Assembly: GCA_021513715.1 (NCBI GenBank)
Contig: CP084167.1
Location: forward strand, 1,600,001-1,664,000
Length of the DNA: 64,000 bases
Direction: 5' to 3'
Source: Candidatus Heimdallarchaeum endolithica
GTDB lineage: Archaea > Asgardarchaeota > Heimdallarchaeia > Heimdallarchaeales > Heimdallarchaeaceae
How positions within the stretch are numbered: position 1 is the first letter of the stretch; each line of letters opens with the position of its first letter. This document shows positions 38,905 to 49,891 of this stretch, one piece after another. The notes beneath the pieces are model-generated. The model worked only from the letters and a program-made list of their open reading frames with translations. It was not told where the DNA came from and searched no databases. The translations under genes and the position numbers were made by a program.

Positions 38905-40164
38905 TTATTCTAATTCTGCTATATCTGTTCTCCAATATAATTTTCCTTCTATTCTTGTGAGATCTTCATTTACTTTTTTCTTTGCCTCAACAATATTATC
39001 TCCTACACCAAGGAGAGCAAGAGAGCGACTAGTAGTTGTTCTTATTTCTTTATTTTTTCTATAAACTGAAGCATAAAAGAGATCAGATTTTAACGGATGA
39101 TTAATAATAATTCTTTTATCTCTCAAGGGATTAAGCGGATATCCCTTTGGAACAAGATAGTTGCAAACAGTAGCTTTATTTTCAAAATTTACATTTTTTA
39201 AAGATTGATCAATCATGCTTTGATTAATAATATTATAATCATCTTTTAACAACTTTAACACGTTAATAGCTTCAGGATCTCCAAAACGAGCATTAAACTC
39301 AATTAAAAAAATTTTTCCTTCTGATTTCATAAATTGTCCATACAGAACTCCGACATAAGGAATGCTTGTATGCTCCTTTAAAGCCTTGATTGTTTTTTTC
39401 AGAATATTAATAGCTTTTTCAACATCATTTTGTTCCAAAAAAGGTAAATGATGGTCAGGGAGACTATATGAACCCATACTTCCTGTGTTTGGTCCCTTAT
39501 CACCCTCATATGCCCGTTTGTAATCTCTTACAAGAGGCATTAGTTGAATATTTTTTCCATCAGTAAACACTTGAAGAGAAAATTCTTTTCCTTTTATCTT
39601 TTGTTCAATTATTACTAGTTCATCTCTCGAAAGAATTTGTTTAACAATTACTTCTGCTTCTGAATATGAAGAAAAGTGGTCTCCATATACTTTAACTGCT
39701 TTTCCTCCTGTTAACCCATCAGGCTTAATTGCAATTTCCAAATCATTTTCTTTCACAAAAGACTCGAAATCGCTAATTGTCTCACATATTTTAAAATAAG
39801 GGTTACCTTCTATTCTGTAGGTGTCAAGTATCTGCCTAGCAAATGATTTGCTTGTTTCTATTTTAGCTACTTCTTCCCTAGGACTTGCAACTGGAATACC
39901 TAATTTATCTTCAATGTAATTTGTTATACCATAAGAAAGAGGTAATTCTGGTCCAACAATTGCGTAGTCTATGTTTTTAAACATAGATAGTTTTTCAAAA
40001 TTTGTTAAATTTCCTAGTATAAACTTTTCTGATAAATCTGCGATTCCAGGATTTTCATAATTCATATATGAAAAAAGTTTATTCTCATTTTCCACTATTT
40101 TCTTAGCCATTGCGTGTTCTCTGGCTCCATTACCAACTAACAAAACTTTTTCTACCATTTTCAT
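38905..40164 (-). CDS. purD: Phosphoribosylamine-glycine ligase
   Basis: VGNGAREHA, VGPE, KPDGLTGGK, GPNTGSMG, EFNARFGDPE. Confidence 0.96.
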   Translation of the reverse strand: MKMVEKVLLVGNGAREHAMAKKIVENENKLFSYMNYENPGIADLSEKFILGNLTNFEKLSMFKNIDYAIVGPELPLSYGITNYIEDKLGIPVASPREEVAKIETSKSFARQILDTYRIEGNPYFKICETISDFESFVKENDLEIAIKPDGLTGGKAVKVYGDHFSSYSEAEVIVKQILSRDELVIIEQKIKGKEFSLQVFTDGKNIQLMPLVRDYKRAYEGDKGPNTGSMGSYSLPDHHLPFLEQNDVEKAINILKKTIKALKEHTSIPYVGVLYGQFMKSEGKIFLIEFNARFGDPEAINVLKLLKDDYNIINQSMIDQSLKNVNFENKATVCNYLVPKGYPLNPLRDKRIIINHPLKSDLFYASVYRKNKEIRTTTSRSLALLGVGDNIVEAKKKVNEDLTRIEGKLYWRTDIAELE

Positions 40165-41555
40165 TCCTCATAGTGACTACGAGATTTTATCTCACCATTC
40201 AGGTATTTTATTCTTAATTCTTCAGCATAAGAAGTTGGATAACTACCTGAAAGACAGGCAGTGCATAAATCTGAAAAACCGATTGACCTTTTTAATGCAA
40301 CAATATCTTGATAATATAGTCCATCAACATTCAATATTTTTTCAATCTCTGTCAGAGTGTTTCCTGAAGCTATTAAATCGTCATCGGAGGGTATATCTAT
40401 CCCATAATAACATGCAAACCTTACAGCTGGACAAGTAATTGCGAGATAAATTTTGTTAACCCCTAATTTTCTTAAATCACTAACAATTTTTTTACTAGTT
40501 AATCCTCTAACTACAGAATCATCAATAAGGAGAATATTTTTCCTTTTAATGTATTTAGGAATGTAAAGATATTTTCTTTTTGCAGCTTTACTTCTCTCTT
40601 TTTCACTTTTCATAATGAAGGTACGCTGGAGATAACGATTTTTTATTATTGCTTCTCTCACTGGAATATCCAATTCTTCAGAAAGGCCTTGTGTTGCAGG
40701 TCTCGAAGTATCTGGGACAGGAACAATATAATCAATTTCTAAATTGTCATCTTTTATTCTTCTTGCCAACTCTTTTCCTAAATTAATTCTTGTATCATAA
40801 ACTAGGGTATTTTCAATTGTTGAACATGGATTAGCAAAATAAACATACTCAAACATACAGTGAGCGTGATCAGCTTGAATTAGATGGCTTTTCTCAAGTT
40901 TATCATTATCGAAAACAATTAGTTCTCCAGGTCTAACATCTTCAAAAGAGTTAATATCAATGTTTTGTAAGACAACACTTTCAGATGACACAATTGTAAG
41001 TTTTTCAGATTTTCCAACAACTAAAGGCCTTATTCCCCGAGGATCCCTAAAGGTAAACATTGTTGTATCAAGAATTGCTACGATAGAATAACTCCCATCA
41101 ATTTTTTCCATGAATTCCTTTACAGCGTCTTTTATATTACCCTCGTGCCGATCTATTAATGAACCTAGAAATTCTGTTAAAAATAGAGCATCAGATTCGT
41201 ATTTTCTATCAGTCAAAGTACTTAAATTAGTAATATTGCCATTATGGACAACAAATAGATTACCATATTTTGTTTTAACTTTAAATGGTTGAGCATAAGA
41301 TTCAACGTTTGAACTATCAGTTCGCGCACCAAAAGTAGGATAACGTGTTGAACCGATTAGTTTAGTTACTTCATTTTTTTCATTTAATTCAAGTAAATCA
41401 GGGTATCCATCAACTTTTTTTAGATTAACCTTTTTTTCATTCTTATTTATCCAAGCGATTCCACTTGCATCTTGTCCTCTATGTGTTAACATTTGTAACA
41501 ATATCTTTCCTTGCTCCAAAGTTGTTAACCCTGATATACCTAATACTCCACACAT
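40161..41555 (-). CDS. purF: Amidophosphoribosyltransferase
   Basis: N-terminal MCG, HRGQD, HNG, CMFEYVYF, VPVPD, IDDSVVRGLT, YGID. Confidence 0.96.
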   Translation of the reverse strand: MCGVLGISGLTTLEQGKILLQMLTHRGQDASGIAWINKNEKKVNLKKVDGYPDLLELNEKNEVTKLIGSTRYPTFGARTDSSNVESYAQPFKVKTKYGNLFVVHNGNITNLSTLTDRKYESDALFLTEFLGSLIDRHEGNIKDAVKEFMEKIDGSYSIVAILDTTMFTFRDPRGIRPLVVGKSEKLTIVSSESVVLQNIDINSFEDVRPGELIVFDNDKLEKSHLIQADHAHCMFEYVYFANPCSTIENTLVYDTRINLGKELARRIKDDNLEIDYIVPVPDTSRPATQGLSEELDIPVREAIIKNRYLQRTFIMKSEKERSKAAKRKYLYIPKYIKRKNILLIDDSVVRGLTSKKIVSDLRKLGVNKIYLAITCPAVRFACYYGIDIPSDDDLIASGNTLTEIEKILNVDGLYYQDIVALKRSIGFSDLCTACLSGSYPTSYAEELRIKYLNGEIKSRSHYEE

Positions 41556-41556
41556 T

Positions 41557-42162
41557 TTAATTCACAATCCTAACTTTTCTACCTTCAACAATTAGTTTTT
41601 TCTCTGAAAACAATTTTATTGCTCTTGGCAAGAGAATATGTTCTTTCTCCAGTATTTTTTTAGCTAAAGTTTCTTCTGTATCGTCATCTTCTACTGTTAC
41701 TATACCTTGCAAAATAATTGGACCATGATCAACTTTTTCATCAACAAAGTGTACTGTACACCCTGTTACTTTTGCGCCATAGTCTAATGCTTGTTTTTGA
41801 GCATTTATTCCTGGAAAAGAAGGCAATAAAGAAGGATGGATATTAATTATTTTGTTGCTAAATTTTCTAACAAAAAAAGGAGAGAGAATCCTCATAAAAC
41901 CTGCTAAGACTACTAAATCGATATTATTTTTTTCTAGAATCTCAGCTAGTTGATTATCATATGTTTCACGCGTTTGACTTTTATGTGAAGGTAGGACAAA
42001 TATCTTCTTACCATAACTCTTTGCTATTTCCAAACCTTTAGCATCTGGCTTATTGGAAACAACCAATGAAACAACTGCATTTCCTAGTTTACCTTGCTTT
42101 TCTTTTTCAAGAATTGCCTTAAGGTTGCTTCCTCTTCCAGAAATCAGTACAGCAACATTCAA
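41557..42162 (-). CDS. purN: Phosphoribosylglycinamide formyltransferase (folate-dependent)
   Basis: ISGRGSNL, LAGFMRIL, NIHPSLLP, GCTVHFV, DHGPI. Confidence 0.96.
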   Translation of the reverse strand: MNVAVLISGRGSNLKAILEKEKQGKLGNAVVSLVVSNKPDAKGLEIAKSYGKKIFVLPSHKSQTRETYDNQLAEILEKNNIDLVVLAGFMRILSPFFVRKFSNKIINIHPSLLPSFPGINAQKQALDYGAKVTGCTVHFVDEKVDHGPIILQGIVTVEDDDTEETLAKKILEKEHILLPRAIKLFSEKKLIVEGRKVRIVN

Positions 42163-42169
42163 TTCATTT

Positions 42170-44500
42170 TCACCTTTTTAAAAATACATTATAGTGATCA
42201 ATGATTACATTCGGTTCTTCAATAACTTCACCTAAAATGTGAGTTTCAAAGTATTTGTTTAATAAATAGAGCACTTTCTCTTCGTTTTCTTTTGGAACAA
42301 TAACAATAAAACCTATTCCCATGTTAAATATTGAAAAAATCTCGTTGTAGGAGATTTTACCAATTCTTTTTATCTCTTCAAAAATGGCTGGGGGGTTTGG
42401 AAAATGTTTGAGGTTAAAACCATAGTTAGATAATCTAAAAAGTTTCCTAAAACCTCCTCCAGTAATATGTGCTAAACCATGAACCTCATAGCTATCTAAT
42501 AAAGCTTCAATAGCTTCAGTATATATTCTTGTAGGCTTAAGTAACTCATCTTTTAGTTTTACCCCTCCAGGAATAACAGAATCGAGCGTATATTTGCTAA
42601 AAAGTACTTTGCGTGCAAGAGTAAACCCATTAGAATGCATTCCGTTACTTGAGATGCCTAATATACTATCTCCAACTTGAATTTTAGATCCATCTATGAT
42701 TTTGTTTAAGTGAATTATCCCTAATGCTGTTCCAGCTATATCAAATGAATTTTCTGATTCTTTCAGCATTTCTGGGATTGTAGCAAGTTCTCCCCCTAAC
42801 AGAGGAATCTTTGAAATCTCACACCCTTTATATATTCCTTTAATTATCTCTTCTATTCGCTCTTTTGAAAGCTTTGAGACTGCAAGGTAGTCTACAAAAG
42901 CTTTTGGCAAAATACCCATAGCAAGCAAGTCATTTACATTCATAGCTACACAATCGATTCCTATAGTATCGTATTTCCCTGCTTGCTCTGCAACTAGAAT
43001 TTTTGTTCCTACACCATCTGTTGATAAAGCAATACCATGATCTCCAAATTTTATTAAGTTTGCATAGTGCCCTTCTTTCCCTATAACATTACCAAAAGAA
43101 AATGATTTTTGTACATAATCGTTTATCATTTTCAAAACTTCTGATTCTTCATCTAAATCTAACCCTGATTCTGCATAAGAAGATGGGGGAGAAAATTCTT
43201 TTTTCTCTTTATCCAATGATTCAACGAATTTTTCTACAATTTCAGGAGCTAATCCGATATAGTTAACTGGATCAAGAATAAAGTCAATTTTTTCAGCATC
43301 AAGGTATTTCTTTACTACTTCATTCTCTTTAACAACCTTTTTGAAATTAGAGAAGTTAGATAATTGTTTTAGTAATTCATGTGCTTTCTGTCTTCCTATA
43401 TATGGAGTTAAATGAAGCATCAAGTTTTCTGAACATTGTGCTCCTTCTTTCAAATATAAGTTGTGTTTGATTTTCTCTTCATTTAAGTAAAGACTAGCCA
43501 ATATTTTATTCATCTCTAGTATTAAGAAATGTGTCAACATAGAATTTTCAAAGAGTGATATTCTTTCAGAACTTGAGTTGGTAAGATCTCTTTCATGCTC
43601 TAAGCAAATATTCTCCATTGCAACATTAATACTTGCTCTAATATTTCTTGCTAAACCTGAAATTCTTTCACTTTTTTCAGGATTTCTTTTTTGTGGCATA
43701 GTAGAGGAGCCTACTTGACTTTTAACAAATGACTCTCGTACTTCATCAATTTCAGTTCTTTGTAAGTTTCTTATTTCTCTAGCGAAGTGGTCTAAAACTG
43801 TTGCAATCAAACCTAAAGCTTGTATGTATTTGGCATAAATTACTCTTGAGACAACTTGTGTTGTTACTGGTTGTTTTTCAAGCCCAAGCTTGTTTAACAC
43901 GATTTCTTCGATTTTTTCTGTCCCATATGACGCATAGGTTCCTACCGCCCCAGACATTTTTCCATATGCAACTTTTGCATTTTCTAGAGATTTTTTTGCA
44001 ATTAATAGTTCATTAAGAAAATTAGCGAATTTCATCCCATAAGTAGTAGGAACAGCATGTTGTCCATGAGTACGTCCTATGCAGACTAGATTCTTATATT
44101 TCATGGACAATTGTTTTAATTTCTTAACTGTAATTTCTAAATCGTCTAAAATTCTTTTTTTTGCTTCTTTTAACTGTAATCCCCTAACAGTATCTTGAAT
44201 ATCATAAGATGTTGCTCCTAAATGAATGTAACCACCATATTCTCCACATTGTTCAGAAATTGCGAGTACAACACTCATTAAATCATGATGAACTTCTTTT
44301 TCAATTTTTTTTACACGTTCCAATTTTACATATTTTGGGCTACATCGTTCTTCAATTATCGAAATTGCTTCTTCTGGTATTTTACCTACTTCATAATTTG
44401 CTTGAGCTAGTGTTTTTTCTACTAATAACTGGAATTCCAGTTTCTTTTCTTCAGAAAACAGCTCTATTATTGAAGTCTTATAACGCTCAATCTCAAGCAC
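42170..44500 (-). CDS. purB-purM: Adenylosuccinate lyase fused to AIR synthetase (PurB-PurM)
   Basis: N-part [27 protein letters not shown]; C-part [35 protein letters not shown]; single ORF. Confidence 0.93.
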   Translation of the reverse strand: MLEIERYKTSIIELFSEEKKLEFQLLVEKTLAQANYEVGKIPEEAISIIEERCSPKYVKLERVKKIEKEVHHDLMSVVLAISEQCGEYGGYIHLGATSYDIQDTVRGLQLKEAKKRILDDLEITVKKLKQLSMKYKNLVCIGRTHGQHAVPTTYGMKFANFLNELLIAKKSLENAKVAYGKMSGAVGTYASYGTEKIEEIVLNKLGLEKQPVTTQVVSRVIYAKYIQALGLIATVLDHFAREIRNLQRTEIDEVRESFVKSQVGSSTMPQKRNPEKSERISGLARNIRASINVAMENICLEHERDLTNSSSERISLFENSMLTHFLILEMNKILASLYLNEEKIKHNLYLKEGAQCSENLMLHLTPYIGRQKAHELLKQLSNFSNFKKVVKENEVVKKYLDAEKIDFILDPVNYIGLAPEIVEKFVESLDKEKKEFSPPSSYAESGLDLDEESEVLKMINDYVQKSFSFGNVIGKEGHYANLIKFGDHGIALSTDGVGTKILVAEQAGKYDTIGIDCVAMNVNDLLAMGILPKAFVDYLAVSKLSKERIEEIIKGIYKGCEISKIPLLGGELATIPEMLKESENSFDIAGTALGIIHLNKIIDGSKIQVGDSILGISSNGMHSNGFTLARKVLFSKYTLDSVIPGGVKLKDELLKPTRIYTEAIEALLDSYEVHGLAHITGGGFRKLFRLSNYGFNLKHFPNPPAIFEEIKRIGKISYNEIFSIFNMGIGFIVIVPKENEEKVLYLLNKYFETHILGEVIEEPNVIIDHYNVFLKR

Positions 44501-44882
44501 TTTTATTCACCTCGAGTATTCTCATTGCCAGATAAGCTGCATTAGCACCATTATCTATTCCAACTGTAGCTACAGGAACACCTTTAGGCATTTGAACTAT
44601 AGACAATAAAGCATCTAAACCGTTTAAAGCTGCAGAAACAGGTACACCAATAACTGGTTTATCAGTAATCGAAGCAACAACACCAGGTAAAGCAGCTGCT
44701 AAACCAGCTATGCAGATGAATATTTCAGCCCTAGATTCAGTTACTGCTTGTACAAGTTTTTCATGATCTCTATGTGCTGATAAATAAAGAACTTTATACT
44801 CTACATTATTAGCTTCTAAAACAGTTAATACTTTTTCAACAATTTTACTATCGCTTTTACTTCCTGCAATTATGTCAATCAC
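44493..44882 (-). CDS. purE: AIR carboxylase / N5-CAIR mutase
   Basis: [38 protein letters not shown]. Confidence 0.95.
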   Translation of the reverse strand: MIDIIAGSKSDSKIVEKVLTVLEANNVEYKVLYLSAHRDHEKLVQAVTESRAEIFICIAGLAAALPGVVASITDKPVIGVPVSAALNGLDALLSIVQMPKGVPVATVGIDNGANAAYLAMRILEVNKSA

Positions 44883-44897
44883 TTTTTTCTACTCCTT

Positions 44898-47081
44898 CTA
44901 TTCCATATATTTTACAATTGCATTTTTCCAATTTGAATGTAATTGTTCTATATCAATTGATACAAGATTTTCTATTTCTAAAATAGGTTCTTTAGTAGTA
45001 TGTCCTACTACTCCATAATCCACTCCAATTGTTTCTAACAAATTTATCACTTGTTCAAGTTTTTCATTTGAAACTTCTATAATGAATCTTGATGATGTTT
45101 CAGAGAATAGCTTATGCCTAGTTTCCACTCCTTCATCAGAAGGAATATTTTCAAGGTTAATTTTTGCGCCTATTTTATTTTTGAACATCATTTCTCCAAG
45201 AGCGACTATAAATCCACCATTTGAAATATCATGACAACTTTCAATTAGTTTATTTTTATTTAACTGTGTTATTGCTTCAATTGACTTTTTCTCTCTCTTC
45301 TCATCATAAGTAGGTACATCACTCATAATACAATTGAAACAATATCGTAAATATTCTGAACCACCAAGTTCTTTTCCTGTTTTTCCAATTTGAATAATTT
45401 TTGATTCTTGGTTGACAAAATTATTAGCTAATAGATCGTCTGGTGAATCGAATACTCCAATTATTCCTATAGTTGGTGTTGGATTGATTCTTTCTCTTTT
45501 TCCTTCTTTATTCACAGTTTCATTGTAAAGAGATACGTTTCCTCCTATAACTGGAAGCTTAAAATCGTTTGAAAATCTACCTAAACCTTTTATTGATTCT
45601 ACAAATTGCCAATACGAGTCAGGTTTTTCAGGATTACCAAAATTCAAACAATCAACAATTGCATAAGGTTTAGCTCCTACAGCAATAATATTTCTCTGAG
45701 CTTCTGCTGCAACATTAGCTGTTCCGTTATATGGAGAACAATAAACAGCAAATGAATTACTGTCTAAAGTTAAAGCAATATATTTTCCATCATCTAATCT
45801 TAAAACCGCTGCATCAGCTCCAGCTTGGATTACTGTTTGAGTTTGAACATGTTGATCATATTGTTCATAAATCCATTCTTTACTACCAACATTTGGAGAT
45901 TCAAATATTTTTAGGATTTCATTTTTAATATTTCCTTGATTTGGGATAGTATATTCCTTTTTAGATCGAATGTAATCAGGTATAGAGAATTTTCTTTCTG
46001 GTTCTGGAAATCCATTTATTATTAGATCGACAGGCAGATCAATAATCTTCTCCCCATTGTAAAAAGCTATATAGTGGCTATTATTTGTTACTTCACCTAT
46101 TATACTATATGCTAATAGATCATACTTCTTGAGTACTTCCTCAACACCATCTATATTTTGAGGAGACACTACAGCTAACATTCTTTCTTGTGATTCAGAA
46201 ATTAATATTTCCCAAGGTTTCATATCAAATTCTCTTAAAGGAACATCTTCAAGCCTTATTAGAGCGCCCGTATTCCCCTTTTCAGTCATTTCAGAGATTG
46301 CACAACTTAAGCCCCCACCCCCTAAATCTTGGAGACCAGAAAGAAGGTCTTTTTCTATTAATTCAAGAGTAGCATCAATTAGAACTTTTTCCATTAAGGG
46401 GTCTCCTATTTGTACTGCTGGTCTATCACTCTCACTTTTATCATCTAAATCCTTTGATGCAAAAGAAACCCCATGAATGCCATCTCTTCCTGTTCTTGCG
46501 CCATAGAGAATGAAAAAGTTTCCAGGAGTTGATGCTATACTGCGAACCACCTTATCCTTTTTTACTACTCCTACACACATAGCATTAACAAGACAATTAT
46601 TTTCAAAAACGGGGTCAAATTCAGCTTCTCCTCCAACAGTTGGAATACCTACGCAATTTCCATAAGATGAAATTCCTCTAACAACATTCTCAAATAAGTT
46701 CTTCGAATGATCGGATGTTAAATCTCCAAATCGTATTGAATCTAGCAAAGCGATGGGTTTACAACCTTGAGATATAATATCTCTTATAATTCCTCCGACC
46801 CCTGTTGCTGCTCCTTGAAAAGGTTCAATTGCACTAGGATGATTATGACTTTCTAGTCCCAACCCTAATAATAAATCATCACCAATATCTATTAATCCTG
46901 CACCCTCTCCTATACCTAAAGCTAAATAGGGGGCCGTAGTTTTAAATAAGGAGAACCAACGTTTTGAACTTTTATAGGATATATGTTCGCTCCACATTGC
47001 TCCTATTACATTAAGTTCTGCGAAGTTTGGTTCTCTACCCAACGCATGTATTAACTTCGCGTACTCTTCATTCGATATCAT
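44898..47081 (-). CDS. purL: FGAM synthase subunit PurL
   Basis: MWSEHISYKSS, ESHNHPS, DLGGGG, SESQERM, GGNVSLYN. Confidence 0.96.
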   Translation of the reverse strand: MISNEEYAKLIHALGREPNFAELNVIGAMWSEHISYKSSKRWFSLFKTTAPYLALGIGEGAGLIDIGDDLLLGLGLESHNHPSAIEPFQGAATGVGGIIRDIISQGCKPIALLDSIRFGDLTSDHSKNLFENVVRGISSYGNCVGIPTVGGEAEFDPVFENNCLVNAMCVGVVKKDKVVRSIASTPGNFFILYGARTGRDGIHGVSFASKDLDDKSESDRPAVQIGDPLMEKVLIDATLELIEKDLLSGLQDLGGGGLSCAISEMTEKGNTGALIRLEDVPLREFDMKPWEILISESQERMLAVVSPQNIDGVEEVLKKYDLLAYSIIGEVTNNSHYIAFYNGEKIIDLPVDLIINGFPEPERKFSIPDYIRSKKEYTIPNQGNIKNEILKIFESPNVGSKEWIYEQYDQHVQTQTVIQAGADAAVLRLDDGKYIALTLDSNSFAVYCSPYNGTANVAAEAQRNIIAVGAKPYAIVDCLNFGNPEKPDSYWQFVESIKGLGRFSNDFKLPVIGGNVSLYNETVNKEGKRERINPTPTIGIIGVFDSPDDLLANNFVNQESKIIQIGKTGKELGGSEYLRYCFNCIMSDVPTYDEKREKKSIEAITQLNKNKLIESCHDISNGGFIVALGEMMFKNKIGAKINLENIPSDEGVETRHKLFSETSSRFIIEVSNEKLEQVINLLETIGVDYGVVGHTTKEPILEIENLVSIDIEQLHSNWKNAIVKYME

Positions 47082-47773
47082 TTTAATTCCTCAATTAAGT
47101 TCTGAAAAATAGTCCTTCCATCCTCTGAACCTAAATAACTAAAACTTGCCCGCTCAGGATGAGGCATCAAACCTAAAACATTTCCTTCTTTATTTGTTAT
47201 CCCTGCAATATTATCCATAGAACCGTTGGGGTTGCTGTTTTCAGAAATAACGCCTTCTTCATCACTATACTGTAAAGCAATTTGATTTTTTTTCTTAAGT
47301 TCTGCAATTTGCTCATTTGTTGCATAATAATTACCATCAAAGTGAGCGATGGGGATTCTCCAGATTTTGTTTTCTGAATTCCTCAATAAAACACTGTTAC
47401 TCTTATTTATTTTCACATACACCCATCTAGAAACAAATTTGGTTGAACGGTTAGTTGTTAAAACTCCAGGAAGAATTCCAGTTTCACAGAGAATTTGAAA
47501 ACCATTACATATTCCGATAACAAAATTCCCTTGCTCAACAAATTTAGGCAATTCCTGCATTATTGCTGTTTTTGCTGCAATAATTCCAGGTCTTAGATAA
47601 TCCCCAAAAGAAAATCCTCCTGCAATGATTAGAGCATTTAAATCTTTCAATTTATCTGTATCTTTTTCGTAAATCAGTACACCTTCGATACCAAATGATG
47701 AAAGAGCTCTTAAAACATCTTGTTCATTGTTTGTTCCTGGAAATTTTGTTACTCCTATTTTCATTACTATCAT
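47078..47773 (-). CDS. purQ: FGAM synthase glutaminase subunit PurQ
   Basis: FPGTN, GGFSFGDYLR, GICNGFQIL, NPNGS, GLMPHPER. Confidence 0.96.
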   Translation of the reverse strand: MIVMKIGVTKFPGTNNEQDVLRALSSFGIEGVLIYEKDTDKLKDLNALIIAGGFSFGDYLRPGIIAAKTAIMQELPKFVEQGNFVIGICNGFQILCETGILPGVLTTNRSTKFVSRWVYVKINKSNSVLLRNSENKIWRIPIAHFDGNYYATNEQIAELKKKNQIALQYSDEEGVISENSNPNGSMDNIAGITNKEGNVLGLMPHPERASFSYLGSEDGRTIFQNLIEELK

Positions 47774-47776
47774 CCT

Positions 47777-48757
47777 TTATTCAAAAGAGAAGTCTATTGA
47801 GTAAGTTTCAATTAAAGGGTTCGCCAGAATTTCATTACTTATTGTTTCTGTAACATCCCAAAGTTTTGACCCAGGAACAGATGTAAAACTAATAACAATG
47901 CTTTTTCCGATATTTACTTTTGATACCTGCTTGTAACCAAGACGTAGTAAAGAGCGAATGGTTATATCTCCTGCAGGATCTAAAACTGATACTTTTAAAT
48001 CGATAGTAACTCTAACTTTAGTCTTTAACTTTATTTTTGGAAGCTCTTTAATTTGTTCCAATCTAAAAGCTATATCGTTATAATGATCAACAACACTACC
48101 TAGATCTTTTCTATATCTATCTTTATCTTTTATTTCTCCAGAATTCTCTTCCCATAAGCGCATTGTATCAGCAGAAATCTCATCAGCTAAAATGAGTTTG
48201 CCATCCTTTGTTCTTCCAAATTCTAATTTAAAATCAACCAAAGTTAATCCTATTTTCTTGAATACTGCTACTAAAATATAGTTTACTGCTAATGTTACTG
48301 CTTTTATTATTATATTTTCTTTTTCATTAATCCAGCCTAAACTTATTGCTACTTCTTCTGTAACCAAGGGGTCATGAAGTTCATCATTTTTATAAAAAAG
48401 TTCAACAATTGGTTTTTCAAATGGGATCCCTTTCTCAACACCGTATCTTCTACAGAAGCTTCCTGCAGTAATATTTCTACAAACTGATTCAACAGGAATA
48501 ATTTCCACTTTTTTACAAATTAGTTCATTTTTTGATTCTTGTTTTAAATAATGTGTTTCAATTCCATAATGATTAAGAATTTCAAACAACAATTTAGATA
48601 TTTTACAATTAGCTTCTCCCTTTCCTTTTAATTCATCTACTTTTACACCATCAAAAGCAGAAATTGAATTTCTAAATACAATTTTAACTTTTTCACCACC
48701 AAGAGTAATAACATCTTTTGCTTTTCCAGAATACAACTTTTCCAACACCAACACCAT
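47777..48757 (-). CDS. purC-purS: SAICAR synthetase fused to PurS (PurC-PurS)
   Basis: LYSGKAK, DFKLEFG, LADEISADTMRLW and DKDRYR (PurC); C-terminal LKVSVLDPAG...IGKSI...ILANPLIETY (PurS). ATG 48757 is preferred over TTG 48772. Confidence 0.92.
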   Translation of the reverse strand: MVLVLEKLYSGKAKDVITLGGEKVKIVFRNSISAFDGVKVDELKGKGEANCKISKLLFEILNHYGIETHYLKQESKNELICKKVEIIPVESVCRNITAGSFCRRYGVEKGIPFEKPIVELFYKNDELHDPLVTEEVAISLGWINEKENIIIKAVTLAVNYILVAVFKKIGLTLVDFKLEFGRTKDGKLILADEISADTMRLWEENSGEIKDKDRYRKDLGSVVDHYNDIAFRLEQIKELPKIKLKTKVRVTIDLKVSVLDPAGDITIRSLLRLGYKQVSKVNIGKSIVISFTSVPGSKLWDVTETISNEILANPLIETYSIDFSFE

Positions 48758-48772
48758 TGCATTATTTTGCAA
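48757..48772. promoter_or_regulatory. Candidate purine-regulon operator TTGCA-N6-TGCAA (site 1, at the purC start)
   Basis: TTGCATTATTTTGCAA. Confidence 0.65.
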
Positions 48773-48907
48773 CCCGACAGTATGTCAGATTTGATACGAA
48801 AAAATTAGTGGATTAATAAATGTTGCGGAACACAATGATAATTCCGTAAATAAGACCGCAGACAATTAATAAAAACGAAAAAAACAGCAACAGTAAGAAA
48901 AAGAAAT

Positions 48908-48923
48908 TTGCAACGTAGTGCAA
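48908..48923. promoter_or_regulatory. Candidate operator TTGCA-N6-TGCAA (site 2, upstream of the regulator gene)
   Basis: TTGCAACGTAGTGCAA, just 5' of TATA-like CTATATAG. Confidence 0.65.
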
Positions 48924-48985
48924 AAAACTATATAGTTTCTTAAAAAAAATTTAACAATGAGTACATTTTTATTGTTTTGAGTGCA

Positions 48986-49765
48986 ATGAGTTCAGTGGAT
49001 AGTTACTTTGATGCTAAAGAGAAGCTTATGGTTCTTAATTTACTAAGAATGGTTTTCAAGAGGTTTACAACCCTAGAGGATCTAAAAACATATCTTGATA
49101 ACAAAGGTGTAGAAATTTCAATAGCAAACCTATCTAGATATATTAATGGCAAAGCTCTTCCAAAATCTAAGTTAAAAGACAAACTACTAAAAGTACTTGT
49201 AGGCAATAGAGAACTTGGTTTAGACATCAACTTACTTACGCATAAGCACATTGAGATTTGGCCTAGTGAGTATGGAATTGCTGTTAATAATGGACATCTA
49301 TTAAACGATTCAAAAGCTCTTAATGCTATATTATTCATGGCTATTTATAAGCAGTTCATTCCCACAGATGTTGACAAAGTAATTACAGCAGAAGTTGATG
49401 GTATTGTAATTGCTAGCACACTAGCTCACTTATTGAACATTGATTGTGTATATGCTAGAAAGAAAAAACCGACAGGATCATTTCGTTGTTTATCAGAAGA
49501 CATTCAATCAGCAACATCAAGTAGAATCGAAACTCTTTATTTTCCTGAGAAATATATTAGGAAAAACGAAAGAGTTATCATTATTGATGACATAATACGC
49601 TCTGGATCTACGCAAAAAGCTTTAGTTAATCTTGTCCGAAAAGCAGGAGGAATACCAGTAAAGGTTATTATTCTTATTGGCATTGGTTCACATTGGGAAA
49701 AAATTACAAAATTAAGCAATATCCCTTTTAAGGCTTTAACAGTTGTACCTCGTTCTGAATCTTAA
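48986..49765 (+). CDS. purR: HTH + type I PRTase domain regulator (PurR-like)
   Basis: N-terminal HTH (ISIANLSRYING..LP); PRTase VITAEVDGI, YARKK, PRPP loop IIDDIIRSGST; divergent from the pur operon. Confidence 0.8.
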   Translation: MSSVDSYFDAKEKLMVLNLLRMVFKRFTTLEDLKTYLDNKGVEISIANLSRYINGKALPKSKLKDKLLKVLVGNRELGLDINLLTHKHIEIWPSEYGIAVNNGHLLNDSKALNAILFMAIYKQFIPTDVDKVITAEVDGIVIASTLAHLLNIDCVYARKKKPTGSFRCLSEDIQSATSSRIETLYFPEKYIRKNERVIIIDDIIRSGSTQKALVNLVRKAGGIPVKVIILIGIGSHWEKITKLSNIPFKALTVVPRSES

Positions 49766-49891
49766 AATCACAAAAAACTTTTTTTTATTATTATACAATT
49801 ATTTATTGAGCACAAATAAAGTTTTGAAAAACAAAAATTCAATTTCCTATACCAAATGTTTTTTTAGAAGAATAATAATAATGTAATTGTC

